DNA of 56,796 nucleotides from a virus (Duplodnaviria; Caudoviricetes): IMG/VR virus record IMGVR_UViG_3300025011_000055, positions 1 to 56,796 of that record; one strand, 5' to 3'. Shown piece by piece: positions 55,921 to 56,796 of this stretch (position 1 is its first letter; each line of letters starts with the position of its first letter). The notes under the pieces were generated by a model. It saw only the letters and a program-made list of their open reading frames with translations, ran no database searches and was not told where the DNA came from. The position numbers and the translations under genes were made by a program.

Positions 55921-56796
55921 TTATTCAAACGCACTAACAGATTGAGAAACAATACTGTTCAAAGACATCAACGCAGCCTGTGCAGTCTTAGCAAAAACAT
56001 CCGCCGCAGCAGCAAGTGCTTGAACATCAACTTGACTATTCTGAGTAGCATTATCTCTTCTATGTTTATAAACATCCACTCCTGCACCAAGCTCAGCAAG
56101 TTTTGATTGCAAAATCATTTGATCCCTATTTTGCCTTGCCCTGTACCAATCCGCAGCAGCACTCATCATCTTAGCTTTTATATCAGTATTCAATGCTGCA
56201 ATTCTTGCTGCTGCATCAGGAGCTACAGCCAAGGCTCGAATATAATCTATTGCTGCCTGCATTGCTGCCAGCCTAGATTCAATAGCCTTACCAATTGCAA
56301 ACTTAATAGTTTCGATGGCTATCTCAATTTGTTTCACCGCAACTGTAGTTGTAGCAACGCCGATCCTGCCTGCCTGTTCAAATGTGGCCTGGTTAAGATC
56401 ATAAATCATTGGACCCTGTACAAGCGAAAATCCTCTCGCAGCATACCCAGCAGCTATACCATTAGAAACTCTCTGACCATCCCTAATAATTCTATCTCGT
56501 TCTCGCTGAATTATTTGATCCTCAAGTGCGGCAGGTATTCCTGTTCCACCATTAGTAATAGTATTGACTAACCAATTCGTTGCTTCATCAAAAGCATCAC
56601 TTGCCAACGGATAATAGGTGGCAAAAAAGTTTGCCAGTTGAGCAGATAAAAGTGCAATTAATGCATCACGTTCTGCTTCATAATTATATGTGGCATCATC
56701 TACTGTTGGTATTTCTGGCTCTACTGCATCAACAGTAAATCCTGTAGTAGTTGCTGGTGGAGTAACATAAAAACCCGCATTACTGTTAATAAGATC
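55921..56796 (-). CDS. Ala-rich helical virion protein, 5'-truncated by the window edge
   Basis: The frame stays open from 56796 to the stop at 55921. Confidence 0.65.
   Translation of the reverse strand, partial: DLINSNAGFYVTPPATTTGFTVDAVEPEIPTVDDATYNYEAERDALIALLSAQLANFFATYYPLASDAFDEATNWLVNTITNGGTGIPAALEDQIIQRERDRIIRDGQRVSNGIAAGYAARGFSLVQGPMIYDLNQATFEQAGRIGVATTTVAVKQIEIAIETIKFAIGKAIESRLAAMQAAIDYIRALAVAPDAAARIAALNTDIKAKMMSAAADWYRARQNRDQMILQSKLAELGAGVDVYKHRRDNATQNSQVDVQALAAAADVFAKTAQAALMSLNSIVSQSVSAFE

Larger units (their letters stand above)
1..56796. mobile_element. Segment of a tailed dsDNA bacteriophage genome (Caudoviricetes, probably podovirus-like)
   Basis: Terminase, portal, scaffold, capsid, replication and nucleotide genes lie in two divergent arms. 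There are no host housekeeping genes, and ORFs run off both window ends. Confidence 0.97.

Noticed and set aside
1-56796. Integrated prophage or alternative genetic code
   Set aside because: No integrase, att-flanked host genes or repressor cassette was seen. Long genes are intact in code 11, and all three stop codons are used.

Overview
The whole window is a large segment of a tailed dsDNA phage genome, probably podovirus-like. No integrase, RNA polymerase or host genes are visible. The minus-strand late/virion arm (17088 to 1, plus 56796 to 47390) encodes terminase, portal, GroES, scaffold, major capsid, virion accessory proteins, secreted proteins, a lysis-type hydrolase and a 2456-aa polyvalent protein that is probably ejected. 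The plus-strand early/replication arm (17817-47342) encodes many small ORFs, an SF1 helicase, a PD-(D/E)xK nuclease, an AAA ATPase, a putative SSB, NAD-ligase, MazG, a ParB-methyltransferase, a UDG-PolA fusion, a DUF3987-like ATPase, a DEDDh exonuclease, ThyX and three free-standing HNH endonucleases. Four things stand out. (1) Two tRNA-like RNAs have identical D and T arms and co-varying acceptor stems, but 50-nt and 104-nt structured inserts replace the anticodon arm. Two four-way-junction RNA candidates lie nearby. (2) AT-rich cargo genes repeatedly sit between a gene's current 3' end and a displaced older copy of that 3' end (portal, PolA, ligase and others). (3) A palindromic AT core with a helically phased GNCACC array lies near the arm divergence. 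(4) An in-frame UGA plus hairpin links a virion protein to a GH56-like hydrolase. All calls come from reading motifs by eye; no searches were run.
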